DNA of 64,000 bases from Candidatus Pyrohabitans jungbluthii (GTDB lineage: Archaea; Hydrothermarchaeota; Hydrothermarchaeia; Hydrothermarchaeales; BMS3B): the NCBI GenBank assembly GCA_002010065.2, contig MTMD02000006.1, positions 15,133 to 79,132 of the forward strand. Direction: 5' to 3'. The translations under genes were made by a program, and so were the position numbers. The notes beneath the pieces are model-generated. The model was given only the letters and a program-made list of their open reading frames with translations. It was not told the DNA's origin and did no database searches. Positions 10,121 to 21,701 of the stretch are shown here, one piece after another (position 1 is the first letter of the stretch; the number at the start of each line of letters is the position of its first letter).

Positions 10121-10813
10121 ATGATGAAGCTTTCGGTAGTTGTTCCTGCGTACAACGAAGAGAAGTACATTGAAAGCTGCCTACGTGCGCTTCGCAACCA
10201 GAGCATAGACTTTGAACTTGTGGTTGTAGACAACGCGAGCAGCGATGCCACGGGGGAAATCGCTGAGAGGTACGCAGACATTGTTATTAGAGAGGAGAGG
10301 AAGGGTGTTGCCTTTGCACGGGAGCGCGGGTGGAGAGAAGCTTCCGGAGATGTTGTGGCCTTTACAGACGCCGATACCATAGTGCCCTCCACCTGGGCTG
10401 AGACAATCACAAAGGCGCTGCAAAGCAAAGCGATAGCAGCCTACGGTCCAGTTTATTTAAGCGACGGTCTCCGTCATGAAAAGCTCCTCGCAAAATATGG
10501 CTTTACATCCTTCCTTCTGTTCAATCACTTCCTCGGAATGCCCCACTTCTCAGGGCAGAACTTCGCCGTAAAAAGAGATGCCCTCGAGAAGGTTGGGGGA
10601 TTTAACCTAAGGCTCAAAAGCGCTGAGGATGTAGACCTCTCAAGGAGACTTAGCAAATTAGGAGAGATAAAGTTTATAAGGGATATGGTGGTATACACCT
10701 CTTCGAGGAGGTTGAGAAAGGGTTACTTGAAATTCTTCTGGCATCATAGTGTTAATTATCTCTCCATGCTCCTCACAGGCACTACAAACAGAGATTTTGA
10801 GGATGTGAGATGA
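10121..10813 (+). CDS. Glycosyltransferase family 2
   Basis: SVVVPAYNEE, VVVDNASSD, FTDAD, AEDVDL. Confidence 0.9.
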   Translation: MMKLSVVVPAYNEEKYIESCLRALRNQSIDFELVVVDNASSDATGEIAERYADIVIREERKGVAFARERGWREASGDVVAFTDADTIVPSTWAETITKALQSKAIAAYGPVYLSDGLRHEKLLAKYGFTSFLLFNHFLGMPHFSGQNFAVKRDALEKVGGFNLRLKSAEDVDLSRRLSKLGEIKFIRDMVVYTSSRRLRKGYLKFFWHHSVNYLSMLLTGTTNRDFEDVR

Positions 10814-12080
10814 TGAAGAAGCGCCTGTGTGTTGTCGCAGACACCTACCCGCCGAAAAAGGATGGGGTTATTACTTTCCTTCGCAGCGTGCTGCCCATGC
10901 TTAAGGAGCACTATGATGTTACCCTCATAGCCCCCCACTTTTCAGATGATAAGAGCACCTTCCGCGAGGTAGAGGTGGTGCTCACCCCTTACATACCCCT
11001 CGAGCTGGCGAACTACTACCCCGCGCTGCCCAACGCTAAGCTGGCGACGGCGATAAGGCGCAGCGATGTTGTGCTGGTGAACGACCTCGCGCCTCTGGGA
11101 GCGGCGGCGATTACCATAGCAAGCGCCATGGGCAAGCCTATTGCGGTCTTCTGCCACCATGACGAGGCGACGATGCTCGCTAAGGCATTCAAGCTGGATA
11201 GTCGTCGCTTCGTGCCAGAGGGCAAGTTCAGGAGCATGATCGACATAATTGTGAAGAGGTACTACAGCAAAGTGGACCTCTTCTTTGTTGCAACCTCACG
11301 CTTCAAAAACAAGCTCCTTCGTTTAGGCATACCAGAGGAAAAGATAATCTTTGCCCCCTTTGCGATAGATACCACGCGCTTCAAGCCGCTTAACGGCGAG
11401 GCTATGAGGAAGCGCTATGGCATACCTCGCGAAGCCAAAGTGGTGCTCTATCTTGGAAGGATGTCCCATGAAAAGAATGTGGAGACTATAATTAAGGCGA
11501 TACCCCATGTGGTTGAGGAAGAGCCAGATACCTACTTCGTGTTCGCTGGCGGGGGCGCGAGGCTGGAGGAGTACCAGAAGCTTGCGGCAAAGGTGGCACC
11601 TCATGCCAAGGTAATCTTCACCGGCTGGGTGGAGTGGGAAGATGCGCCGAGCTATTACGCCATGGGCGACATATTTGTCTTCCCCTCGCTGCATGAGGCT
11701 CAGGCTTTCGTAGCCATGGAGGCGATGGCATGCGAGCTTGCGCTTGTGGTGTCCCGCGACCATGGGGAGGGCAGCTACTACCGCGAGGGTGAGAACTGCC
11801 TATTCGTGGGCAACCCGCTGAACGAGAGGGAGGTTGCAGAGAAGATACTCCTCCTGCTTAGCAATGAGACGCTGAGGCGCAGGCTCGCGAAAAATGCCCG
11901 CCAGACTATGCTTACCTACTCGTGGGATACCCATGTTGCAAAGCTTCTTCAGGGGCTGGAGAGGATAGAGAACAAGCAGAGGCTTTCACGGAGGAAGCGG
12001 GTTAAGAGGCTTATAATGAACAAGTACTTCACCTCTGGCTTGGTGCTCCTCCTGTGGGCGAGCAGGGGAAAGATAGGGAT

Positions 12081-12084
<4 letters not shown>
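10810..12084 (+). CDS. Glycosyltransferase family 4 (GT-B)
   Basis: DTYPPKKDGV, LGRMSHEKN, FVFPSLHE...MEAMA. Confidence 0.9.
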
Positions 12085-13348
<1,264 letters not shown>

Positions 13349-13420
13349 GGGCGTGCCTCAGCGCTATTTTCCAAAAAACAAAAGCACATGCCAAATCTGC
13401 AATGCGCTCAAAATTGTCAC

Positions 13421-13732
13421 TTAAGCCTCCATTTCTTCGATTAGCTTCAACACCTTCGCCTTAATCCCATCACACACCTTTCTGAACTCCTCTATGCTTT
13501 TGCCCTTCGGGTCGGGCAGCGCCCAATCTTCGACCTTCCCGCTGCTTAAGAGAAACGCTGGACAAGACTCCCGCGATAAGCAGCCCATGGTTATTATTCG
13601 CCTTGCTGCTCACCTTTGCGCCGGCTCTGTGCCAGCGCTTTCCGCTCTGACGTTCTTAGTAAAAGTGTTGAAAAATCCCTTTGCCATTTACGACCTAGCG
13701 GAGTTGCCCACGCATACAAAGAGCACATCCAT
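13421..13732 (-). pseudogene. arsC: LMW arsenate reductase (ArsC)/PTPase pseudogene
   Basis: MDVLFVCVGNSARS* with TAA at 13688-90, then SAGTEPA, in-frame TGA at 13610-12, a missing middle section, then ITMGC...CP...EDWALPDP. Confidence 0.85.
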
Positions 13733-13733
13733 C

Positions 13734-14597
13734 TTACTCAAAATTCCTCACCAGCACAACGCTGCCCCCCTGAGGCACGCGAAGCTGTTCTGCAACGCTC
13801 TTACATTTAGCTTTGAGCAGGAAAACCACCGGTTTTTCTGTGTACTCATCCAACGTTTCAAAGTGCCCTTGCCCCTTGGCGATTATAAAGTCGGCCTTAT
13901 CAAACTCTCTCAGAAGCTCTTCTGAGGCTTCTTTAAAATCTACGCCAACCACATCGCTGCCTGAGGTTATAACCCTGCACGTGTGCGTAAGCTCAACCTG
14001 CTGCGCATCCTCAATGGTGGCGTCGTTGATTATCGGCGCAGACTTCACCACGGCTATGACCTCAAGCCCATGCCTCTTGAGCTCCTCTATGAGAAGCCTG
14101 TCCAGCGCAATCTCGCCGGCATTGTCGAGCAGATAGAGCACGCGTCTGCTGCTCTCAATAAGGCGCCTAAAGGCTTGGATGTGGTTGATGGCAAGCTTCT
14201 CTTCCAGCGCTCTGCTGAGCATTTCTGCACTCGCCTCTGCCCCATAAACACCAAAGTCAAGCAGATTCCCAGCTAGGGCTACCTTGACAGTAGCTTCGAG
14301 CCTGTCTTCAGCACTCTCTATAATCCTCCTTGCCATAGGTATTAGAGCCTGAGCAAGGGCATTGGAGCGTGCCTTTGCTTCCCGGAATGGGTCTGCGCAG
14401 CCTGTCAAGCTCTTTAGCAGTCTGTGAAGCCCAGTACCCAGAAGCGCAGGTATAGCGTTGCCTGTGTAGTTCTCAGCAAGGAACTCTTCCACCGCCCTCA
14501 TTATCTCCTCTTCTTTCTCTTTGCTCAGCCTGCATTGCCTTAAAACACGCCTACTCTGCTCTACCAAGCAAGCGTAGCATGCCTCGCCTACGTGCAT
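13734..14597 (-). CDS. DUF89/ARMT1-like damage-control phosphatase
   Basis: CxxC, AGNLLDFG, DNAGE, PIINDAT, KGQGHFE, KAKC. Confidence 0.9.
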   Translation of the reverse strand: MHVGEACYACLVEQSRRVLRQCRLSKEKEEEIMRAVEEFLAENYTGNAIPALLGTGLHRLLKSLTGCADPFREAKARSNALAQALIPMARRIIESAEDRLEATVKVALAGNLLDFGVYGAEASAEMLSRALEEKLAINHIQAFRRLIESSRRVLYLLDNAGEIALDRLLIEELKRHGLEVIAVVKSAPIINDATIEDAQQVELTHTCRVITSGSDVVGVDFKEASEELLREFDKADFIIAKGQGHFETLDEYTEKPVVFLLKAKCKSVAEQLRVPQGGSVVLVRNFE

Positions 14598-14598
14598 G

Positions 14599-15852
14599 CT
14601 ACTCCTCCATATCGTATATCACCAGCCCCGTAAGGAGCTTCGGGTAGAAGTAGGTCGCTTTGCCTGGCATTTTTTCTCCGGCAAGAGCAACTTCGCGGAT
14701 TTCTTCAACGCGCGTAGGGTTCAAAAAGAAGGCGGCCGTAAATTCCCCTCTCGTTACTCCTGCAATCGCTTCCTCTTCGTCGATGATGTAGGCTATGTTG
14801 CCCTCGCTGCTACGGAATCCCAGAATTCTCTCCAGAATGAGGGAATGGAGTACACTCACGCTTAGCCTGCGGAGCACCTGAGATTTGTGCTGAAGCAATC
14901 TATCCATAACCTCATAGTCTCTCAGAACAAGGCCGTAAAATTCGCCGCGGTAAAATCCAAAATTCCTGCTATTTCTATATAAAAAGCGGAAGAACACCTC
15001 CTTATCCTTACCAAAGCTCTGAATATCGAAGTACTCCCTCGCCTTATCCAGAAACTCTTCCATGGAAAACTCATGTTTAATCGCACGGTGTGCGGGTAAG
15101 ATGGTAACTCCCTCATCGTACATATTTGCCAGAAACATCATGGTATAATCAAAGGGCTCCTCGCCGGAGGTTTTGCCTGTAAGCCGGCGCATCTCATCGC
15201 GGTAGGCGAGAGCGGTCTCGTATCTGTGATGCCCATCTGCTATGTAAATCCTCTTTTCAAGAAAAGCCTGCGTAACAGCTTCTATCACCTTCTCATCGCA
15301 TATTCGCCAGAGGCGGTGCCTTTTACCGGTGTCGTCGAAAAAGTCCACAAGTGGCTCTTCAAGCGCCTCTTCAACTATCTTAGTCACCTTCGCTTCCTTA
15401 TCTTCATAGAGGCCATAAATCTGGCTGAAGTTCGCCTTTGTATGGCGCAGCAGAGCAAGGCGGTCTTCCTTGGGTGAACTGAGAGTCTCTTCGTGAGGCA
15501 GAACCTCCCCCTCGCTATACTCGCTTAACCTGACCAGCGCAATCAACCCTCGTAGAGCCTTTTTCTCCCCCTTCACCTTATAGTCCTGGCGACAGTAGTA
15601 CAGTGAGGGCTCTTCGTCCTGGATGAGGATCTCCGATTCCTTCCAGCGCCTGTAAAGCCTCGCAGCCTCGCGGTATTTCTCCTCGCCCTCGGCTTTGTTG
15701 TAATCCAGGCGAATAATGTTGTACTCGTGGGCAGCGTAGTAGCGCTCTCGCTCTTCGTCGCTTATAACGTCGTAGGGCGGGGTTACCACCCGTGAGATAT
15801 CCTCCTTCGCAAGGTTATAGCGCACTCCTCTGAACGGCTTTACCAGTACCAT
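14599..15852 (-). CDS. DUF1015 family protein
   Basis: PPYDVI, PHEET, YIADGHHRYETA, MPGKATYFYPK. Confidence 0.9.
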   Translation of the reverse strand: MVLVKPFRGVRYNLAKEDISRVVTPPYDVISDEERERYYAAHEYNIIRLDYNKAEGEEKYREAARLYRRWKESEILIQDEEPSLYYCRQDYKVKGEKKALRGLIALVRLSEYSEGEVLPHEETLSSPKEDRLALLRHTKANFSQIYGLYEDKEAKVTKIVEEALEEPLVDFFDDTGKRHRLWRICDEKVIEAVTQAFLEKRIYIADGHHRYETALAYRDEMRRLTGKTSGEEPFDYTMMFLANMYDEGVTILPAHRAIKHEFSMEEFLDKAREYFDIQSFGKDKEVFFRFLYRNSRNFGFYRGEFYGLVLRDYEVMDRLLQHKSQVLRRLSVSVLHSLILERILGFRSSEGNIAYIIDEEEAIAGVTRGEFTAAFFLNPTRVEEIREVALAGEKMPGKATYFYPKLLTGLVIYDMEE

Positions 15853-15904
15853 GGCTACACCTTTCTGCCTATTTATCTGCGTAAAATATAAACTTGCCCC
15901 TCCT

Positions 15905-16666
15905 TTAAATCAGCGCCTGAAGGTCTGGCAGAAAGGCGGCGCCACCAAAGAGGAAGACAGCTCCAAGCACAATGCTGAAGATACCTATTACCAGCGCCAC
16001 GCCCCTATAAAGCCTCGCCCTATTCGCAGAAGTAGCTATTCCATACGCCCCGAGAACACCCATCGCCGTATTTGTAATTATTAGTCCGGAAACGAAGAAG
16101 AGTATTAAAAGGGCGGCGGTATCCTTACCCGCGGCAGCGCCCGTGCCGAGGGTGAGGGCAAACAGGATCACCTGCGTAGGCGTCTCAGCACCTATACCAT
16201 GGATCATGCCTATAACGTAGGCCGAGGTATTACCGTATCCGCCTTTCCACATGCTGCGCTGCTTCATAGGTGCATTTCTCAGCTTAGCCATGCTCCAGTC
16301 ATAAGCCCTGAGCACCGCGTTGGCAAGAATAGCCCATCGCGGCATAATTCGAAACTCTTCCCCTCTATGCCTGTGAAAGGAATAGAGAACGTAGAAGCCC
16401 AGCAGGAGGAGGGTGATGCCCACCACCTTTTCCATAATGCTGTCTAGGCCCTCTGGAATTGAGAGTCCGATCATCAGCGCTCCAAGGGCAAGCGCAGCCA
16501 CAACGCTCGCGTGCCCAACGGCATACAGGAAGCTCAGAAAAATCCCCTTTCGCCTGCTTTGCTGAGTGCTGGTTATGTCCATAATTGCAGCTATGTGGTC
16601 CCAGTCCACGCCATGTTTGATTCCAACCGTAAGAGCGATAAGGGGTAGCAGCATATCACCATTCAT
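15905..16666 (-). CDS. Nickel/cobalt transporter (NiCoT-like)
   Basis: KHGVDWDHIAAI motif, GMIHG, multiple TM helices. Confidence 0.8.
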   Translation of the reverse strand: MNGDMLLPLIALTVGIKHGVDWDHIAAIMDITSTQQSRRKGIFLSFLYAVGHASVVAALALGALMIGLSIPEGLDSIMEKVVGITLLLLGFYVLYSFHRHRGEEFRIMPRWAILANAVLRAYDWSMAKLRNAPMKQRSMWKGGYGNTSAYVIGMIHGIGAETPTQVILFALTLGTGAAAGKDTAALLILFFVSGLIITNTAMGVLGAYGIATSANRARLYRGVALVIGIFSIVLGAVFLFGGAAFLPDLQALI

Positions 16667-16822
16667 AATTAAAACCTCAGTAATACATTTGCCTTAAATT
16701 GTATTAATATGTAACATATATAGTTTATCTTTTCATCCTCAGTTAATATTAAACTGTTCATATTTTCATAATGATAAGAGAGGGATGAAAAGAATTTTAA
16801 GCGAGACAGGAGATGCACATCC

Positions 16823-18373
16823 ATGCAGGAGGTCGCTTTTGAGGTCTCGGAGTTAATTTCACTGCTTCTCATAGCAAGCGTTGTCGCTGTTGCTGTGAAG
16901 TACATTCGCCTACCCTACACAATCGCCCTTGTGCTTGTTGGTTTACTTGTGGGCAGCCTGAGGATATTTCCTGAAATTCCGCTCAGTGAGGAGATAATCT
17001 TCTACCTCGTGCTCCCTCCGCTTCTCTTTGAGGGCGCAGTAAACATGGACCTTGCCCACCTGCGCAGGAATCTTAAACCAATCGCGGCGCTCGCGGTTGC
17101 TGGCGTTGTAATTTCAGTAGCTCTGGTGGGCTACCTTCTTCATCTGCTGCTTGAACTCCCTCTGCCTCTTGCCCTTCTTTTCGGTGCAATGATTACGCCC
17201 ACCGACCCTGTGTCTGTGCTCGCCACCTTCAAATCCCTCGGCGTGCCCAAGAGGCTATCTACCATAGTTGAAGGGGAGAGCATATTCAACGACGGCACGG
17301 GCGTGGTTATCTTCGCTATAATTCTTGAAATGCTACGAAGCGGTGAGCTTGAGGTAGCGCAGGGTGTGGCGAAGTTCCTCTTAGTGTGCGCCGGTGGGGC
17401 TGCTGTGGGCTTTCTCTTGGGCTATACAGCCTACAAGGTGCTTGCCTACATCGACGACCACCTCATAGAGGTCACAATAACGCTTATACTTGCCTTCTCC
17501 AGCTTCATCATCGCTGAGCATTTCCACACCTCCGGCGTAATAGCGGTGGTCGCCTCGGGTTTGGTAATCGGCAATTATGGCAGGCTCTTTTCCATGTCGC
17601 CCTCTACGAGGCTTGCGCTAATAACCTTCTGGGACTTTGCAGTTTTCATTGTAAACTCGCTAATCTTCCTGCTCATTGGCTTAGACATCCACCCCGAGAA
17701 GCTTCTCAGCTACGCGAGAGAGGTAATCATCACCATAGCCGTGGTGCTCGTTGCCAGAGCCTTGGCGGTGTATCCCCTCCTCAATATCCTTAACTTAAAG
17801 CTGAGGTCGAAAATTCCCCTGCTCTGGCAGCACGTTATTTTCTGGGGTGGACTACACGGCACCATACCTGTAGCTCTGGCTCTGGGTCTGGAGAAGGACT
17901 TTCCAATGCGCGAGTTTTTAGCAAGCCTGACCTTTGGGGTGGTGCTCTTCTCCCTTGTGTTTCAGGGTCTGAGCATCGAATTCTTTGTACGTCGCTCGTC
18001 ACTGGTGAGAAAGCACGAGAAGCGCCTTGTGTACGAGGAAAAGCTTGCGCGAGCTATTGCAGTTAAGGCAGCACGCAAAGAGATTGAGAGCATGCTGGAG
18101 AAGGGAGAGATTTCACAGAAAATCGCTGAGGAGCTGATTTCTGAGCTCGAGGACGCTTCCAAGAAGCTTTCGAGGGAGATAGCTGCGCTTGTGGATGAAG
18201 ATGGGATTATTCAAAAAGAGGAGCGCTTCGCTGCGCTTCGCCGCAGCCTTGAAGCCAAAAAGAGCGCCGTGCGCGACGCGGTTGTGCGCGGGCTAATAGG
18301 CGAGGAAGTTGGGAGGAGGGTTATCGAAGAGATAGATGCAGAGCTTGACCTTCTATACCAGAAGCGCGGTTAG
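16823..18373 (+). CDS. Na+/H+ antiporter, CPA1/NhaP family
   Basis: LPPLLFEG, TDPVSV, EGESIFNDG, SGVIAVV. Confidence 0.92.
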   Translation: MQEVAFEVSELISLLLIASVVAVAVKYIRLPYTIALVLVGLLVGSLRIFPEIPLSEEIIFYLVLPPLLFEGAVNMDLAHLRRNLKPIAALAVAGVVISVALVGYLLHLLLELPLPLALLFGAMITPTDPVSVLATFKSLGVPKRLSTIVEGESIFNDGTGVVIFAIILEMLRSGELEVAQGVAKFLLVCAGGAAVGFLLGYTAYKVLAYIDDHLIEVTITLILAFSSFIIAEHFHTSGVIAVVASGLVIGNYGRLFSMSPSTRLALITFWDFAVFIVNSLIFLLIGLDIHPEKLLSYAREVIITIAVVLVARALAVYPLLNILNLKLRSKIPLLWQHVIFWGGLHGTIPVALALGLEKDFPMREFLASLTFGVVLFSLVFQGLSIEFFVRRSSLVRKHEKRLVYEEKLARAIAVKAARKEIESMLEKGEISQKIAEELISELEDASKKLSREIAALVDEDGIIQKEERFAALRRSLEAKKSAVRDAVVRGLIGEEVGRRVIEEIDAELDLLYQKRG

Positions 18374-18714
18374 GGGCAGACACAGGAGGTTAGCTCTTCT
18401 ATGGTCTGCGCAAGAAGCTCATCGCCCTCATCGAGGATTTTTGTCACCTTCTTGTTCTTCAGGCTGTAGTAGATTTCCCTGCCCTCTTTTCTAGTGGCGA
18501 CAACCCCACACTCCTTAAGCATGCGCAGATGCTGGGAAACTGTGCTCTGCTTCAGTCCCAGCCTTTCCATGATGGAGGAGACATTAAGCTCGCCCTCGCG
18601 AAGCACCTCAAGAATCCTGAGTCTTGTAGGGTCAGCGAAAACCTTGAATGTTTTGGCTTTGAGCTCAAGCCAGGTTTCGTTTGCCTGCATGGGTAAAAAT
18701 GGTTCAAAATTCAA
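18370..18714 (-). CDS. ArsR/SmtB transcriptional regulator
   Basis: FKVFADPTRLRIL, QSTVSQHL..L, KEGREIYY. Confidence 0.9.
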   Translation of the reverse strand: MNFEPFLPMQANETWLELKAKTFKVFADPTRLRILEVLREGELNVSSIMERLGLKQSTVSQHLRMLKECGVVATRKEGREIYYSLKNKKVTKILDEGDELLAQTIEELTSCVCP

Positions 18715-18754
18715 TAAATACTTTTCCTGTCAGATTATGATATTACGATAAATT

Positions 18755-19408
18755 ATGCACGCTCCTACTTACGACGCTTGGTATGCTACCCCCTTCGGGA
18801 TGTATTCGCTTGAGCAAGAGAAGAGGCTACTCTCAAAGCTTGCCAGCTCGCTCAAGGGAAAGTTAACACTTGATGTGGGTTGCGGCACAGGTGTCTTCAC
18901 ATCATGGCTCAGCGTGAAGGGTGCTCACGCTATAGGCATAGACATCTCGCTGGAGATGCTAACCTTTGCAAAAAGAAAGCATCCTGGAATTGCCTTTATT
19001 CTTGCAGATGCTTGTAGTTTGCCCTTCAAGAGCGAGAGCTTTGATTTAGTGATTTCAGTAACCTCCCTGAACTTCATTGAAAATCCTGAAAAAGCTGCTG
19101 GCGAGGCGAAAAGGGTTTTGAAAGAGGAAGGCAAGCTAGTAGTCGGAGTTCTGAATTCTCTCAGCGTTTACGCCATTTTAAAAAGATTAAGAGGCTGCTT
19201 CAGCCGAAGCAGTTACAGAGACGCTCGTTTTTTTACCCCTGGTCAGCTTATGAAGCTCATTGACAGCAGAGATTACCTGAGTGCAGTTCATGCTCCAGAG
19301 TTCCTTCCAGCACCACTGCTGAGGCTCGCTGCTCGGCTTGAACCTATGCTTTCAGTGTTTTTAAAACCTTTTGGAGCTTTCATCGCATCGGCATGGGAGA
19401 AATTCTAG
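18755..19408 (+). CDS. Class I SAM-dependent methyltransferase
   Basis: LDVGCGTG, GIDIS, DACSLPF..ESFD. Confidence 0.9.
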   Translation: MHAPTYDAWYATPFGMYSLEQEKRLLSKLASSLKGKLTLDVGCGTGVFTSWLSVKGAHAIGIDISLEMLTFAKRKHPGIAFILADACSLPFKSESFDLVISVTSLNFIENPEKAAGEAKRVLKEEGKLVVGVLNSLSVYAILKRLRGCFSRSSYRDARFFTPGQLMKLIDSRDYLSAVHAPEFLPAPLLRLAARLEPMLSVFLKPFGAFIASAWEKF

Positions 19409-19447
19409 GAAAAGTTTATATATCATCATATCATAATATATTGTAGG

Positions 19448-19876
19448 GTGAGAATGATGGCTGAAAAGAAAAAGGTGACTGTGCTGCTTTTCCACGATGA
19501 ATTGTGCCAGGTTTTCAATGGTCTTATGACTGCGCTGAGCCTGCTACGCTCTGGCGCTGAGGTGACTGTTTTCTTCGGTTCCCGGGGGATAAATGTGGTG
19601 CACAAGGAGAAGATTCGCGAGCTAAAGTGCCTGCCAGACCAGCCAGAGGAGATTCAGAAGGCGGTGATGGCAAAGATGGAGGAGCTCGCGCTCCCAACGC
19701 CTGAGGACATGCTCACTATGCTGGAGATGGAAGGTGCTCTGCTTCTCGCTTGCCCACTGAACAAAGACATCTTCGAGTTCAAAGACGAAGATTTCATTGA
19801 AGGGGTGGGCATTGCCGACCCGGATACCTTCTATACCGACGTGGTGATGGTTAGCGACTTTGTGCTCAGCTTCTAA
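19448..19876 (+). CDS. DsrE/DsrF-like sulfur relay protein
   Basis: GAEVTVFF...G and LLACP; adjacent to Trx and TusA. Confidence 0.7.
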   Translation: MRMMAEKKKVTVLLFHDELCQVFNGLMTALSLLRSGAEVTVFFGSRGINVVHKEKIRELKCLPDQPEEIQKAVMAKMEELALPTPEDMLTMLEMEGALLLACPLNKDIFEFKDEDFIEGVGIADPDTFYTDVVMVSDFVLSF

Positions 19877-19889
19877 CACGGGAGAAGAA

Positions 19890-20222
19890 ATGACAATCGC
19901 GAAGGTGAGCAGCGGGAATTTCGAAGAAGAGGTGCTTGCTTCGGAGCTACCTGTGCTTGTGGACTTCTATGCTGAGTGGTGCCCTCCTTGCTTTGTTATT
20001 GCCAAGACGCTTGGTGAGCTGGCGGAGGAGTACAGAGGCAGGGTGAAGTTTGTCAAGGTGGACATCGATGAGAACGAGAAGCTTGCTGCACGCTACGAGG
20101 TGTTTTCGGTGCCCACCCTTGCATTCTTCCACAAAGGTGAGCTTGTAGACGGTGTGGTAGGTGCCATACCAAAGGAGGTACTGAAGAAGAAGCTGGATAA
20201 CCTGCTTGATGGGAGAGGCTGA
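19890..20222 (+). CDS. trxA: Thioredoxin
   Basis: VDFYAEWCPPC and SVPT. Confidence 0.92.
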   Translation: MTIAKVSSGNFEEEVLASELPVLVDFYAEWCPPCFVIAKTLGELAEEYRGRVKFVKVDIDENEKLAARYEVFSVPTLAFFHKGELVDGVVGAIPKEVLKKKLDNLLDGRG

Positions 20223-20277
20223 GAACACGCTTTTGACGAAAGAATTTTCTATGCAGAGGTAGGTATTTTAAAGGCAG

Positions 20278-20532
20278 GTGCCACACATGAAGGAGCTTGA
20301 CCTCCGCGGAGAACCATGCCCTGTGCCTCTTATTAAGACGCTTAAGGCTTTGGAGAAGCTGGATGAAGGAGAGATACTCCGCGTGCTTGTAGACATGCCC
20401 TGCGCCAGAGAGAACGTGCCAAAGCACATGGCTGAAGAGGGGCATGAGGTTGAGGTCAAAGATGATGAAAAGGAGATGGAGATTATTATTCGCAAGCGGA
20501 ATGGGGATAATAATTTGGAAAAAGGCTCCTAA
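20278..20532 (+). CDS. TusA/SirA-family sulfur carrier
   Basis: LDLRGEPCPVP. Confidence 0.9.
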   Translation: MPHMKELDLRGEPCPVPLIKTLKALEKLDEGEILRVLVDMPCARENVPKHMAEEGHEVEVKDDEKEMEIIIRKRNGDNNLEKGS

Positions 20533-20565
20533 ATTATAATAGAATAAGGAAATTTTGAGGTAGTT

Positions 20566-21060
20566 TCATCTGTAAATCTGTCCTTCTGATTCTTCCCTCC
20601 CCATTAGCTGTGCAACCCTCCACACTATGTAGAGCTTGCACTTGAATATCTCCCTTAGGGCGTTTATGAGCGCGCTTCTGTTAACATCTTCCACATAAAG
20701 AGCCTTTGTAAATTCCACACCCTTAAGCTCCTGAGCGCTTGGCACCATCCTGAACTCCGCGTCGCGGAACAGGAGGTCGAATCTCCACTGCCAGAGAAGT
20801 GCATTCTTCTCCGCTTTTGGTAGCGAGTGCAAAGCCTTATAGTGCTCCTCCGCCAGCTGGATACTGCTCCCCACAATGATGTAGTCCCTATCCTTGGGTT
20901 TTATCACTTCACTTATGTACTTCGAACCCCTCGGGAACTGAGCAAGAAAGTGAAACTCAGCCTTCTCATTTTCCACCTCATCTTTAAGTATGCCCTCTTT
21001 CTCCAGCCAGCCCTTTACCTTTTCTGCCAGTTCATTCTTGTTTTCTCCCATGATTATCAC
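20566..21060 (-). CDS. Conserved archaeal protein (DUF2299-like)
   Basis: WL.KEG......AEFHF pattern; last host gene before the provirus. Confidence 0.6.
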   Translation of the reverse strand: MIIMGENKNELAEKVKGWLEKEGILKDEVENEKAEFHFLAQFPRGSKYISEVIKPKDRDYIIVGSSIQLAEEHYKALHSLPKAEKNALLWQWRFDLLFRDAEFRMVPSAQELKGVEFTKALYVEDVNRSALINALREIFKCKLYIVWRVAQLMGREESEGQIYR

Positions 21061-21121
21061 CTTGGGTAGAATAGACAGGGAGGGTATTTATACCTTTCAT
21101 CCACGATGGTTAGTGGGAATC

Positions 21122-21137
21122 AAAAAAAAAACAAAAA
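21122..21137 (-). terminator. Oligo-T terminator, the original tRNA-His terminator displaced by integration
   Basis: A-tract on + (T-tract on -) just downstream of the duplicated tRNA 3' end. Confidence 0.6.
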
Positions 21138-21170
21138 TGTTTGCAACAAAAGGCCGAGTTTTAGGAAAAG

Positions 21171-21190
21171 AGGGCCACGGCCGAGATTTG
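21171..21190. repeat. Provirus attachment site (duplicated tRNA-His 3' end)
   Basis: AGGGCCACGGCCGAGATTTG, identical to 59935-59954. Confidence 0.95.
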
Positions 21191-21333
21191 GCAGCATGTG
21201 CATCGTCAGCGTCCTTTCCAAGAGTGCAAACATTTGCGCAACAGGACACTTCACTTTTTCGCCGCTCTCGGGTTAGGTCTTTTTGTGTGGAATACTCCAT
21301 ATATCCTACCTTTGGACACTTGGGGGAATCGAG

Positions 21334-21690
21334 ATGCTTGCGAAGTTTGTTGATCGGGAAGGACATGAGCGCTGGGTGGATGTGCGCATCAAAGATTGCG
21401 TGGAAGTCAAAGAAGGGCAGCGAAAGGTAGTCTTCATCCACGAGCTGAAGTCTGCCACCGTCGAAGAAGTCGCAAACCCTGCAAAGCTGGAAGGTTGGCT
21501 CAGCATTGCCAAGCTCGAACTTGATGCCACTCTGTCGCGTGAGGGAAAGGCAAACTGGACCAGCATGGCTTACGAGCTGAAGTGGACGCTCGGGCTGAAA
21601 AGCAAAGAAGAGGCTGAGGACATTCTCAGGCAGCTCTGCGAAGTCACCGGGGAGTACATCGTGCGCGATGGCTGGATCGTCAGGGTGTGA
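21334..21690 (+). CDS. Viral hypothetical protein next to att
   Basis: ATG 21334 after GGGGG; codon usage resembles other viral genes. Confidence 0.6.
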   Translation: MLAKFVDREGHERWVDVRIKDCVEVKEGQRKVVFIHELKSATVEEVANPAKLEGWLSIAKLELDATLSREGKANWTSMAYELKWTLGLKSKEEAEDILRQLCEVTGEYIVRDGWIVRV

Positions 21691-21701
21691 GCTTATTTTT
21701 T

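Noticed and set aside
13610-13690. Stop-codon readthrough (Sec/Pyl) in arsC
   Set aside because: The first stop is TAA and there is also a deletion, so decay is the simpler explanation
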